The position numbers were made by a program, and so were the translations under genes. Of a stretch of DNA of 41,916 bases, positions 12,911 through 25,732 are shown piece after piece (the first letter of the stretch is position 1; every line of letters begins with the position of its first letter). Origin of the DNA: Tubiluchus corallicola (taxonomy: Eukaryota > Animalia > Priapulida). The notes beneath the pieces were generated by a model, which made no database searches, had not been told where the DNA came from, and was given only the letters and a program-made list of their open reading frames with translations. The stretch is taken from NCBI GenBank assembly GCA_030141605.1, contig JAQGDQ010001420.1:1-41916 (forward strand). The letters run 5' to 3'.

Positions 12911-13877
12911 ATACCAGTGATGACTTTAACCATTATGAAATAGATCAATCTTTCCTACTGCAAAAACGATATTAGTACATACAGGGGCATTTCTAACCAA
13001 TAGGCTAACTAGGCAATAGCCTAGGATACCAAAGTTTGAGAAGTGTCACGTTGTAGAAAAAAATATTATTCTCCTTGGAAAATGTGTATACGTTCATATT
13101 CGTGTAAAGGGTGCAGTTTATAACACACCACAGGCAGTTACTGAGCTCAGCTTGTATATAAGTGCCACATAACGTATAGGTGCAAGGTATTTCACAACTA
13201 CCTTGCAATTGTGCAGCCTGCATGAATATAAGCACTATATTCAAACCCAATAGATAGCTATTCCTGATGAAGCAAAATGGCTGCTTCCAGGAGCTACTAT
13301 CAAAGTTTGAAAATGCAAGTTTTTCTCAAGTGTATTACTAGTTTCTAGACAGAAAAGTGGGTATGAGTTTACATAATTAGATTTTACTATCTTTTGAACA
13401 TTTTCTTGATAATTTGATGCTATTAAAATCTGATATATTTAGCGATTGTTTTTGTAAAAAGCAAAAAATTCACATTTGACCAAATTTTTGGTGCATTTTT
13501 GGTTGTACTTTGAAGCATCATAATGCTGTTTTAACCAAGTCGACTCATGGACGATTATAATTAGCAAGCACACACATTATACCAAACATTACATTTGTTG
13601 CACTGCCCATTGTATCAACTAGCTAGGGTTGTTATGTTTCATAAATTAAATGAAATACTTCTGCTCAAAAACCTTAATATAGCTGCCTTAGGAACTAATG
13701 ATCCGTTGAAGTTGTTATTATGGAAAAGATGAATTTAACTATGTTACTAACTGTAAAATATTCCAATGTATACATGACTTTTTATTACGTACTAAACGCT
13801 TCCAGTAGTTTCTATCTGATATGAAATGCAGCAGTCTTAAATATTCGTAGATTAATATTTTCTAACCGTCATTTTCT

Positions 13878-14172
13878 ACTAATGTCTAATGTAATCTTGT
13901 AGTAAAACTTGTCAGCTTGTGTAGTTATAGTCTATTCTTACTGTAAATGTTACTAATATCTAATGTAATCTTGTAGTAAAACTTGTCAGCTTGTGTAGTT
14001 ATAGTCTATTCTTACTGTAAATGTTACTAATATCTAATGTAATCTTGTAGTAAAACTTGTCAGCTTGTGTAGTTATAGTCTATTCTTACTGTAAATGTTA
14101 CTAATATCTAATGTAATCTTGTAGTAATACTTGTCAGCTTGTGTAGTTATAGTCTATTCTTACTGTAAATGT
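13878..14172. repeat. 74-bp tandem repeat, about 4 copies
   Basis: Same unit and left flank as the 40418-41916 array. Confidence 0.93.
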
Positions 14173-14293
14173 TTTTGCAAATAGTGTATAAAGTCTGTTG
14201 TGGTGAGGATCCTAAATCATGTTATTCAAACTGTCTGATTCAATCCTAAATAAATTATGTTTAAACTAAACATTACGGAACCTTGAAACACAC

Positions 14294-14540
14294 CTAAAAG
14301 GCAAGCCACTGGCCTGGACACTGCTGCTCCCTGGGCTAGCCAATACCTGAGCCGTTCAAAGTTGACGGCAACAAGCTTCTCATTGTGAACATTTGGCATT
14401 GGATCGTATGTTCCGATCTGTTCAAAGCCTTCTTTCTTCGGGCCTTTTCTCGTCATGATCGCAACGATGTGGTAGAACGGCCGATTCGTGCAGCCCTGCC
14501 GTCGCAACCTCACGGAGACGTTACTCCACCATGAATTCAT
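14294..14540 (-). CDS. MRPS16: Mitochondrial ribosomal protein S16, first coding exon
   Basis: Translates as MNSWW...RLRRQGCTNRPFYHIVA...EQIGTYDPMPN..EKLVAVNFERLRYWLAQGA...LLG (bS16 family). Start context gccaaaATG; phase-1 GT donor at 14293; upstream acceptor ttttttcag at 14568-14560 (probably a 5'UTR intron). Confidence 0.92.
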
Positions 14541-14583
14541 TTTGGCTATTCTGCAAATTCTGAAAAAATGCGCACGATTAGTG

Positions 14584-15396
14584 GTACTATGAACTATGAA
14601 TTTATTTCACACATCAATATACAATACTGTACACATAAATAAACAATAAATAAAATGGTTTGAGTAGTGCGAGGTGAGTGTACGACCATACGGTCATTAA
14701 CACACTCACCTTACTTAAATGAAAATGAAAAAATTATTAAACTTATGCGTGCTTTTGTAGACGACTTAATGAAATTGATGTAATAAAGTAAATGATGTAA
14801 TAATAGCAAGGAAACATAAGGAAAACATAATATGTAATTACGATTTTGATATAGGCTGCGATGAATGAATAATTTCATTTAAATTGATTTATACTTTTAC
14901 TAATAAAGTAACAAAGGTCGTAATGGTACCTATTAGTAAAAGAAAAACATGAGTGCAAAAAGACACACGTGCACAAAAAAGAGAAAAAACCTCTGGTTTT
15001 CTACGCCAATGAATATTTACTAAGTAAAAATATCTTATATTGTTCGGTAGCTATTTGTAAAGAAGGAGAGGAAATGATTGGTACATACTACAACTTATTA
15101 AGTGGTATGTGATAATAGCCTACAATTTCATCGGTCGCAGCGGATTTTCAGAAATTATCTTGCATGTTTTTTAATGTTTGACCTAAACTGGTTAGTAATT
15201 TTCTTCTAGAGGAATCTCTGGAGATGATTCTCATAGCATTTAGATTTTAGAAGCACTAAAGCAGCAGAATACGAAATAACGCAAATAGTTGTCAAGCAAA
15301 GTTGTTCTTTTGTTTGCCATGATTGAAGTTCGTGTGTCAGTAAATAAAATTACTTGTAAGCTTTTCAAATCAAACGTATTATACGAGTATTTTACT
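14584..15396 (-). mobile_element. 5'-truncated non-LTR retroelement (3' end) in the MRPS16 upstream intron
   Basis: On the minus strand it ends in stem-loop + aaataaa + (ttcatag)n. Same 3' end as 23546-25188; the empty site is preserved in the duplicate at about 15820-15870. Confidence 0.7.
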
Positions 15397-15487
15397 GTCA
15401 TCATTGTGTATCCATTTCTTAAGGAAAAGGTCAAGCCTTGTGGAAAGTTAGAAGTAGTACTATACTGACAAAGAAGTACTGTACATG

Positions 15488-15657
<170 letters not shown>

Positions 15658-16057
15658 CATGCTAGTGCGTGCGTGTTCATGCAAGTGTGTGTTAGTAGTA
15701 TGTTTCACGTATAATTTGCGTCATTGCATTTAGTTTAGGCAACATTGGTAAGTCTCTGGTAAAAAAAGGCCAAGCCTTCTAGGTGCTTAGGCTAACTTAA
15801 TAAAGACATACTGAGTAAGTTCTGAAAAAATGCACACGATTAGTTATCATTGTGTATCCATTCTTTAAGGAAAAGGCCAAGCGTTCTGGAAGTCGTTAGG
15901 CTTATTTCTAGGCTTGCAAAAAATTTTAGATGTGGCACTGTACTGATAAAGAAGTTCTGTATTTGAACGTTTCACGCACAATTTGTGTCATTCCACTTAG
16001 TTTTGGCAACATTGGTAAGTCTCTAACAAGCCATCTAGGCGCTTAGGCTAATTTAAC

Positions 16058-18111
16058 GAAGACGTACTCAGTATGTCACGCATAATTTACATCCTTCCAT
16101 TAAGTTTTGAGTTAAAGGAAAAGACAAGCCTTCTAGGAGGTGAGGCTTATTTGATGAAGACGTACTCAGTATGTCATGAATAATTTACGTCCTTCCATTA
16201 AGTTTTGAGTTAAAGGGAAAGACAACCCTTCTAGGAGGTGAGGCTTATTTGATGAAGACGTACTCAGTATGTCACGCATAATTTACGTCCTTCCATTAAG
16301 TTTTGAGTTAAAGGAAAAGACAAGCCTTCTAGGAGGTGAGGCTTATTTGATGAAGACGTACTCAGTATGTCACGAATAATTTACGTCCTTCCATTAAGTT
16401 TTGAGTTAAAGGAAAAGACAAGCCTTCTAGGAGGTGAGGCTTATTTGATGAAGACGTACTCAATATGTCACGAATAATTTACGTCCTTCCATTAAGTTTT
16501 GAGTTAAAGGAAAAGACAAGCCTTCTAGGAGGTGAGGCTTATTTGATGAAGACGTACTCAGTATGTCACGAATAATTTACGTCCTTCCATTAAGTTTTGA
16601 GTTAAAGGAAAAGACAAGCCTTCTAGGAGGTGAGGCTTATTTGATGAAGACGTACTCAGTATGTCACGAATAATTTACGTCCTTCCATTAAGTTTTGAGT
16701 TAAAGGAAAAGACGAGCCTTCTAGGAGGTGAGGCTTATTTGATGAAGACGTACTCAATATGTCACGAATAATTTACGTCCTTCCATTAAGTTTTGAGTTA
16801 AAGGAAAAGACAAGCCTTCTAGGAGGTGAGGCTTATTTGATGAAGACGTACTCAGTATGTCACGAATAATTTACGTCCTTCCATTAAGTTTTGAGTTAAA
16901 GGAAAAGACAAGCCTTCTAGGAGGTGAGGCTTATTTGATGAAGACGTACTCAATATGTCACGAATAATTTACGTCCTTCCATTAAGTTTTGAGTTAAAGG
17001 AAAAGACAAGCCTTCTAGGAGGTGAGGCTTATTTGATGAAGACGTACTCAGTATGTCACGAATAATTTACGTCCTTCCATTAAGTTTTGAGTTAAAGGAA
17101 AAGACAAGCCTTCTAGGAGGTGAGGCTTATTTGATAAAGACGTACTCAGTATGTCACGCATAATTTACGTCCTTCCATTAAGTTTTGAGTTAAAGGAAAA
17201 GACAAGCCTTCTAGGAGGTGAGGCTTATTTGATGAAGACGTACTCAGTATGTCACGAATAATTTACGTCCTTCCATTAAGTTTTGAGTTAAAGGAAAAGA
17301 CAAGCCTTCTAGGAGGTGAGGCTTATTTGATGAAGACGTACTCAATATGTCACGAATAATTTACGTCCTTCCATTAAGTTTTGAGTTAAAGGAAAAGACA
17401 AGCCTTCTAGGAGGTGAGGCTTATTTGATGAAGACGTACTCAGTATGTCACGAATAATTTACGTCCTTCCATTAAGTTTTGAGTTAAAGGAAAAGACGAG
17501 CCTTCTAGGAGGTGAGGCTTATTTGATGAAGACGTACTCAATATGTCACGAATAATTTACGTCCTTCCATTAAGTTTTGAGTTAAAGGAAAAGACAAGCC
17601 TTCTAGGAGGTGAGGCTTATTTGATGAAGACGTACTCAGTATGTCACGAATAATTTACGTCCTTCCATTAAGTTTTGAGTTAAAGGAAAAGACAAGCCTT
17701 CTAGGAGGTGAGGCTTATTTGATGAAGACGTACTCAGTATGTCACGCATAATTTACGTCCTTCCATTAAGTTTTGAGTTAAAGGAAAAGACAAGCCTTCT
17801 AGGAGGTCAGGCTTATTTGATGAAGACGTACTCAGTATGTCACGCATAATTTACGTCCTTCCATTAAGTTTTGAGTTAAAGGAAAAGACAAGCCTTCTAG
17901 GAGGTCAGGCTTATTTGATGAAGACGTACTCAATATGTCACGAATAATTTACGTCCTTCCATTAAGTTTTGAGTTAAAGGAAAAGACAAGCCTTCTAGGA
18001 GGTTAGGCTTATTTGATGAAGACATACTGAGTTAATCACACATCATTTACATCCTTCCATTTAGTTTTGAGTTAAAGGAAAAGACAAGCCTTCTAGGAGG
18101 TTAGGCTTATT
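16058..18111. repeat. 98-bp satellite, about 21 near-identical copies
   Basis: Unit gaagacgtactcagtatgtcacgaataatttacgtccttccattaagttttgagttaaaggaaaagacaagccttctaggaggtgaggcttatttgat. Confidence 0.97.
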
Positions 18112-18532
18112 TCCATGTTTGCAACAAATGTTAGAAGTTTTCAGTAATAAAAGTTCAATAAGCATCTCGTGTAACTAGTAAAGTCACTTTAAAGTCGCGA
18201 TCACTTCATGCTTGAACGCTCCCATTTTGAATGCCCATTCCTCTTCCAATGACGTCATTCGTCTTGAAGAAAACTAGTGCACTGTTAATCTTCATCAAAA
18301 GTACAGTCAGTGTTTGCAAAAAATTAGCTAGCTGACTTTGTAACATTTTAGCGTGAATATTAGGTAAGCTGCAGAAGTCTGAATTAGTTTAAACAGCGCG
18401 CTTAAGGAAAGCCACGAAGTTCCAGTTAATGGCGGTTATCCCCCAGGCCTGAAAATTTCTATTCACAGCTAGAATATTTTAAATTTACGCTTTATAAATT
18501 TTTTTTTGCAAATTTCTTTGCTATAGCTTTTT

Positions 18533-18736
18533 CAGTTTAAGCGATAACAGTAAAATAACCCCAACATACTGAGTGACTTGCTCTTTACTTTAGCACACCA
18601 CAAACAGTTTAAGTGATAACAGTAAAATAACCCCAACATGCTGAGTGACTTGCTCTTTACTTTAGCACACCACAAACCGTTTAAGTGATAACAGTAACAT
18701 AAAGCCAACATACTGAGTGACTTGCTCTTCACTTTA
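18533..18736. repeat. 72-bp tandem repeat, about 3 copies
   Basis: cagtttaag.gataacagtaa... recurs at 18533, 18605 and 18677. Confidence 0.9.
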
Positions 18737-19682
18737 ACGCCCTGCAACACAAATCATTAAATTCAAACAAAACTGGCTCCAACCTTAAATTGTAGGTCAA
18801 AATAATTTATATTTTAAAATATTGAAAGAAAACATACTATTTTTCAAAAATGACTCACACGAAAGAATATTACCACAGAATAATTTGTAGACTCAAATTT
18901 GGTTGATTTTGTTTGATTCAGACACTTTTGTTATATTTTTAACTCGTATGTTTTGGGACACGGTTCAGTTCAGGGTTTGAAAGTTAATTTTAAATTTTAG
19001 TTTCGTTAAATTTCTCTCATTTTGAATTGTGCATGGACGATAGGTCAGCTGGCATTTTGATTATTTTTATAATCATTTTTGTTCCATATTGTTTGGGTTA
19101 TAGCTATCATTGCTTTGCTTTTTGCTTATCACTTTGTTGTATATGTAGATATATTTGACTGCATTTTGACCCCCACAGATATTTAAAGTTGTTTAGAAAA
19201 AAAAATCTATGACCAGTCAAATTTAAACAGATCAAATTGCTAAATAAAATAGTAGTAACATATTCTCAGTTTTATTCATGAGTTAAATAGTTATAGTGCC
19301 ATCCCAGTTTCACTTTCATCTATTGAAGGATGGCTCGACTGGTTGACCATCATATTTCATATTATGATAATGAATGAAATACACTCATTTGCTTCATTTA
19401 TATCATATGGAAATAAATGCACTTTTGAATTAAATTTGATTGAATTGTGCAGCTAAATTTAACAAAAAATACTGAACTGCCTGCTGATCCTTCTGCAGCT
19501 GCTGTAGAATGTAGTATTACTGCTTATCCGTTCATTTAATGAGATAAGATAAGTCTAGTTCTAGTACTGAGATCATGAATACACGTGAAATCGAGCCGAG
19601 GGACTCTTTTACTATTTAACTTTAATCATAATATGGGAACTCTTTCAGCTACAGAAATAGTGACGTGAGGTGGTAACTTTTC

Positions 19683-22600
19683 ACAAGCCATAGATAACAC
19701 CAGGCATACTGAAATCTATCAAAACTAGAAGCCAACTGTTTAATACATTTAAAAACTCTAACAATGTTTATAATAGAAATAAATACAAAGTTTATTCGAA
19801 CAAACTCAACCATATAAAATATTTAGCAAAAAAAGGTACTATCAAGAAACCTTGCAAAATAGTAAAAATAACACAAAGAAACTTTGGTCGACCATAAATA
19901 GTTTGATAAATGCTAAATTGCAACAACGCATAACACCAAAAAAGGTGTACAAAGATGGCATTCTCTCAAGTGATATAACTGATATCTGTCAAGTCATGAA
20001 TACTTTTTTTGCTTTCATTGGTCCTTCTATGGCATCTAAAATACAACCCACACAACTGTCATTTCAGTCTTTTCTAGGATGTCCTTTGCCAAACTCGATT
20101 TTCTTAACACCCATTATTGAAGCTGAAGTAAATACAGCAATAAATAATTTAAATCAGAATAAAGCCTCCGGTCATGAAAACATTCCTATATCTTTTTACA
20201 AATCAGCTGGTCTCTGTATTTCCCCTGTTCTATCTTAATTGTTTAACAAGGCTATTACTGAAGGTACATTTCCAAACTGTTTAAAGATAGCTAAAATTGT
20301 TCCTATTTATAAAGGTGGCTCCCCTGATAACCCCACTAACTATAGGCCAGTATCTTTACTTTCACCTATTTCCAAAATTTTTGAAAAAATTGCTTTATGA
20401 CAGACTAATTAAATTTATAAACGACAACAAAATTCTCTCTAGATTTCAGTTTGGGTTTTGCAAAAGATACTGCACAGCCCTAGCTATTGCTAAACTTATA
20501 GACAATCTGTTACTAAATATGGATCACAATAAGTACACCTGTGCCATATTTTTAGATTTGTCTAAGGCCTTTGGTACTGTACAACATGATATTTTACTAG
20601 CCAAACTTGAACACTATGGCATCAGAAGCCTGCCTCTTCAATTGCTGCAGCCATATTTACACAACAGAAAACAATATACATCTATCGAGAATAAAAACTC
20701 ACTGGTAAATGTGCAGTGTGGTGTTCTTCAAGGCTCAACTCTTGGTCCCCTTTTTTTCTTACTCGACATAAATGATCTCCCTTAAAATACCCAATTACAT
20801 ACTAGACTTTTTGCTGATGATACTAACTTTTTCAGTTCTGATACTAACATAACTCACCTAGAAGAATTTCTTAATGTTGAATTAGCTAAAGTAGATCTAT
20901 GGATGAGAGCCAACCGGCTTTCTATAAACTATTCCAAAACAAAATATATGATAATTGGTAATCCCAGAAAAGTAAAAAATTTAACATTAAATTTGACAAT
21001 GGGAAATACCAGGATACAATCTGTACATCAAATAATATATCTAGGAGTATTAATAGATCACAATCTTTCATGGAAAGCATATATACAATATATTGTTAAC
21101 AAAACCAGTAAAATTATTGGTATTTTTTTTAAAAGTTAGGCATTTTCTGAATTATGATTCAAAAAAACTTTTATATTTTTCCCTATTTTCACCGTCTTTA
21201 GAATACAGCATACTTACCTATGGCTCAGCACTCCATTCCACATTGTATACCCTAATTACTAATCAAAATAAATTTATAAAGCTTTGGACAAATACAAATA
21301 GAAGAGCTCATGTTACACCTTTATACCACCAGCATAAAATCTTAAAACTTCAGAAAATATATGAATTAGAGATGGCCAAATTTTTACATAGGTTTAAATA
21401 TAATATGCTTCCTGAAATTTTTCAGAATTACTACAAATCCGTAGCCCAGATTTGCCACTAACCAAACTTTCTATGTACATAGATTTAATACTAACAAAGG
21501 GAAAAGATCTCTATCTTATCAAGGTGCTTTGTTGTGGAACAGTCTGTCTAATGAACTAAAAATGGCACCTTTAGCTATTTGATAATTAGCTATAAATTCT
21601 TTCTTATTTCTAATTACCATGTGTGACTTTTCTGCTAAGATCAAATCTGATAAACCTTCCCTGTTAGTGTTAATGTATTACCCTTGAGCTAATCTATTAA
21701 CTATAATTATATTACCATAGTACATCTTCTCATCAAAGTGTAAAATTGTTATTATTTCTTTGCAACTATAAAAGGGAAGGTAAACAATAATCTTCAAACA
21801 AATCCTTATACTCATACTTAATTTTTTATAACTTTGCCTGCTCCACTTATGTTTTTACTTCCATATTATGCTTTTCTCACTTCATATATATTCACTTTAT
21901 TGTGATTATTTTGCTCATTGCTTCACAGTTATCATCAAGTTTTTATTATATTTTTTGAGCCATATAGTCTGTTTAGTAAGGGTGAGCATTCTCTACCAGA
22001 AAGCGAATTCGAATCGAACCGAATTTGTGACTTTCGAATTCGAATCGAACCGAACTTCAATGTTTCGAATTCGAAACGAATTCGAATTGAGATGGAACGA
22101 TTTTCGAAAAAGTTTTCGAACCACCAGTAAAAATTAGTCTTACAAAGATCATGTGTATCACTACATTTTGTTCTGCAATAAAACGACTAGTAATTTGTTT
22201 AAAATTGTGCACAGGAATCACTGCTAAATTACGCTAATTGCATGTTATTTCAATCGTTTTAGCGATCAGGAACATATCTGATTGAAGTGCTAAATTATTC
22301 GAATCTATAGTTTTGGATTCGAATCGAGTTCGAACTAAAAAAACTCGTTCGAATTGAATTCGAGCGTTTGAATTCGATTCGAACGTTCGAACTCGAACGT
22401 TCGATGCTCACCCCTACTATTTAGTCACATACTCAAATTTCACTACATATTTTGTTTGCTCCATTTTTCTGCACTAGTTCTTGCATTGCATAGTGTTTTA
22501 TCATTACGCTTAATTTGACACGATTGCATATCTTTGCTTCATTTTATTTTGTTTGAGTTTATTATTCATATTTTGTTTCTTTCACTGATTTATTGTTTAT

Positions 22601-22998
22601 GTTTTTTTTGGTTTGACTTTTTTCTAGTTTTTTCTTTTAATCGGTTAGTTAAATGCTTTACATATTTTGTTAATAATCATTTCATATTTTTCATTTTATT
22701 TCTTTGTTGCATAGCTTACTTGGTTATTTCGCTTTCATGTTTAATGTATCCCCCCATAAATTCATGTTAACAGCAGCACCGCAAAATTTTTACAATTTTC
22801 ACTAACCTGAGAAGGATAGCTGACTCGATGACCAAATGGTCTTTCGCTACCCTTTCTCCTGCACCCCCCTTAACTCTTTCCTTTATCCTTAATTTATCCT
22901 ATTTAATCAATAACTAAAAAAATAATAGTCAATTTGTATAGAGGTGTAAATGAGGAGATAAATAAAAAAGTCTATGTCTATGTATATGTCTATGTCTA
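19683..22998 (+). mobile_element. 5'-truncated, decayed non-LTR retrotransposon (CR1/L2/Crack-like): reverse transcriptase remnants, 3'UTR and (GTCTAT)n tail
   Basis: Frameshifted or stop-interrupted ORF2 pieces: KP*ITPGILKSIKTR, KKLWSTIN, QFGF, AIFLDLSKAF, GVLQGSTLGPLFF..INDLP, RLFADDT, IYLGVLIDHNLSWK. Stem-loop at about 22811-22853; tail at about 22970-22998. Confidence 0.9.
21977..22416. mobile_element. hAT-type MITE rich in TTCGAA motifs, copy 2, nested in the LINE 3'UTR
   Basis: TIRs taagggtgagcat / atgctcaccccta; 8-bp TSD ctgtttag / ctatttag. Confidence 0.88.
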
Positions 22999-23059
22999 AA
23001 TACTCGTGAAAATCCTCGGTGCGTCGCTTCCTGAAGCATGCCAAAGCGTACCTTGAAAC

Positions 23060-23119
23060 ATGGCTGCTGTTGCTGCTGCTACGAGTTTAGAAGACAAAGC
23101 TATCTGGGGAGATGAAGAG
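23060..23119 (+). CDS. PSMC3: 26S proteasome regulatory ATPase subunit 6A (Rpt5), exon 1
   Basis: MAAVAAATSLEDKAIWGDEE followed by GT donor; joins exon 2 in frame. Confidence 0.82.
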
Positions 23120-23612
23120 GTTCGTTCAATTAAAAAGTGTTTACAAGTCCCTAGAGTTAATACAAACTTACATGAAATACACTGTTACTTTTCCGAAAGT
23201 TCAGTTTTGATAATATTTGTTATTATTTTAATTTATAAACTGACACTAAAATAGCCTCGTCATTCTGTGTTTTTTTGGTTGTACGTTGGCTTTAGTAATC
23301 TGTCATTTTCTCTAATTAATTGAACATTTGTAAGATTTTCCTGCTTATTTCGAATTTGCTTGTTTACTACTTAAGTAATAATAAACAGGATGTGATATAA
23401 AACTGGTCTAATAAGTTCTTGCAATCTAATCCGCTAGGGGTATTTTTAGTGCAGTTTAATACAAGTAAGTGGTACATTGACATATAATCACATAATTCAT
23501 ATTCGTAACTATTTAAAACAAATTTCACTCTTTAAGGCTCACTCAAAATCGTAATTACATATTATGTTTTCCTTTCTCAACTTTCAGGTTTATTGCTCTT
23601 ATACCATTGCTA

Positions 23613-25116
23613 TTATTACATCATTTACTTCATCCTTATTTACATTAAGTTATCTACAGAAGCATGCATAACTATAATCATTTTTTCATTTAAGTAAGGT
23701 GAGTGTGTTAATGACCGTATGGTCGTACACTCACCTCGCACTACTCAAATTATTACATCATTTACTTCATCTTTATTTACATTAAGTTATCTACAGAAGC
23801 ATGCATAATTATAATCATTTTTTCATTTAAGTAAGGTGAGTGTGTTAATGACCGTATGGTCGTACACTCACCTCGCACTACTGAAATTATTACATCATTT
23901 ACTTCATCCTTATTTACATTAAGTTATCTACAGCAGCATGCATAACTATAATCATTTTTTCATTTAAGTAAGGTGAGTGTGTTAATGACCATATGGTCGT
24001 ACACTCACCTCGCACTACTCAAATTATTACATCATTTACTTCATCCTTATTTACATTAAGTTATCTACAGAAGCATGCATAACTATAATCATTTTTTCAT
24101 TTAAGTAAGGTGAGTGTGTTAATGACCGTATGGTCGTACACTCACCTCGCACTACTCAAATTATTACATCATTTACTTCATCCTTATTTACATTAAGTTA
24201 TCTACAGAAGCATGCATAACTATAATCATTTTTTCATTTAAGTAAGGTGAGTGTGTTAATGATCGTATGGTCGTACACTCACCTCGCACTGCTCAAATTA
24301 TTACATCATTTACTTCATCCTTATTTACATTAAGTTATCTGCAGAAGCATGCATAATTATAATCATTTTTTCATTTAAGTAAGGTGTGTGTGTTAACGTA
24401 TGGTCGTACACTCACCTCGCACTACTCAAATTATTACATCATTTACTTCATCCTTATTTACATTAAGTTATCTACAGAAGCATGCATAACTATAATCATT
24501 TTTTCATTTAGGTAAGGTGAGTGTGTTAATGACCGTATGGTCGTACACTCACCTCGCACTACTCAAATTATTACATCATTTACTTCATCCTTATTTACAT
24601 TAAGTTATCTACAGAAGCATGCATAACTATAATCATTTTTTCATTTAAGTAAGGTGAGTGTGTTAATGACTGTATGGTCGTACACTCACCTCGCACTACT
24701 CAAATTATTACATCATTTACTTCATCCTTATTTACATTAAGTTATCTACAGAAGCATGCATAACTATAATCATTTTTTCATTTAAGTAAGGTGAGTGTGT
24801 TAATGACTGTATGGTCGTACACTCACCTCGCACTACTCAAATTATTACATCATTTACGTCATCCTTATTTAAATTAAGTTATCTACAGAAGCATGCATAA
24901 CTATAATCATTTTTTCATTTAAGTAAGGTGAGTGTGTTAATGACCGTATGGTCGTACACTCACCTCACACTACTCAAATTATTACATCATTTACTTCATT
25001 CTTATTTACATTAAGTTATCTACAGAAGCATGCATAACTACAATCATATTTTCATTTAAGTAAGGTTAGTATGTTAATGACCGTATGGTCGTACACTCAC
25101 CTCGCATTACTCAAAT
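23613..25116. repeat. 137-bp satellite, about 11 copies, derived from a retroelement 3'UTR
   Basis: Period 137 (23701, 23838, 23975...); each unit holds the hairpin aggtgagtgt...acactcacct. Confidence 0.95.
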
Positions 25117-25226
25117 CATTTTATTTAAAGCTTATTAATGTGTATGAAATTGTATTTTGATGTGTGAAAATAAATTCTTAGTTCATAGTGTGTTTTTTCT
25201 ACACTACAAATTTCATTGCATTTTAG

Positions 25227-25307
25227 GATGCAGTTGGGGAAGAGGTGCTGCGAATGAATACAGATGACATTGACAGTAGAACTAGATTACTAGACAATGA
25301 AATTAAG
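25227..25307 (+). CDS. PSMC3: PSMC3 exon 2
   Basis: ttttag|DAVGEEVLRMNTDDIDSRTRLLDNEIK|gtac. Confidence 0.92.
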
Positions 25308-25732
25308 GTACCTGAACTATTAGTAAAAATACTGATTGTATCTTTGTGAGGTGTTAGTGTATTTTTGTCTTTTGATTTAAATTACTGCACAACATTATGG
25401 GCTTTACTTATACTACAAATTTAGAAAGCTAAAGAGTTTTACAACGAAATTTTTACATGTCAACCTATGGTAAACAAAGATAGTGATATCGCTACTTCGT
25501 TTAATACTGGTGCCTAAACAACGTTATGTACAGCATCATTACAAATATACTAACTTGACTCTCAAAACACTGTGGGGTTGAAAGATAAACGAGAATTATC
25601 GCTGTTGTATGTTGCTTAGTAAATTCGTATACAGTTTACTTCGAGCACATAACTAGTTTACATATACTAGTTTAGATATAATGGTAATCACCTGCATTCT
25701 TTTCCCACAGTAATCTTAATAAAACCTGACTA

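Noticed and set aside
12606-12948. Repetitive N-terminal part of the 167-aa minus-strand ORF
   Set aside because: It is the intronic 33-bp repeat; only 12605-12445 is MRPS16 exon.
23045-23062. Minus-strand ATGTTTCAAG|gtacg overlapping the PSMC3 ATG as MRPS16 coding exon 1
   Set aside because: The phase-1 donor is out of frame with both candidate acceptors (14559, 14550) and meets a stop almost immediately.
16058-25116. 98-bp and 137-bp hairpin-containing arrays as CRISPR arrays
   Set aside because: Units are identical end to end with no unique spacers, there are no cas genes, and the context is eukaryotic.
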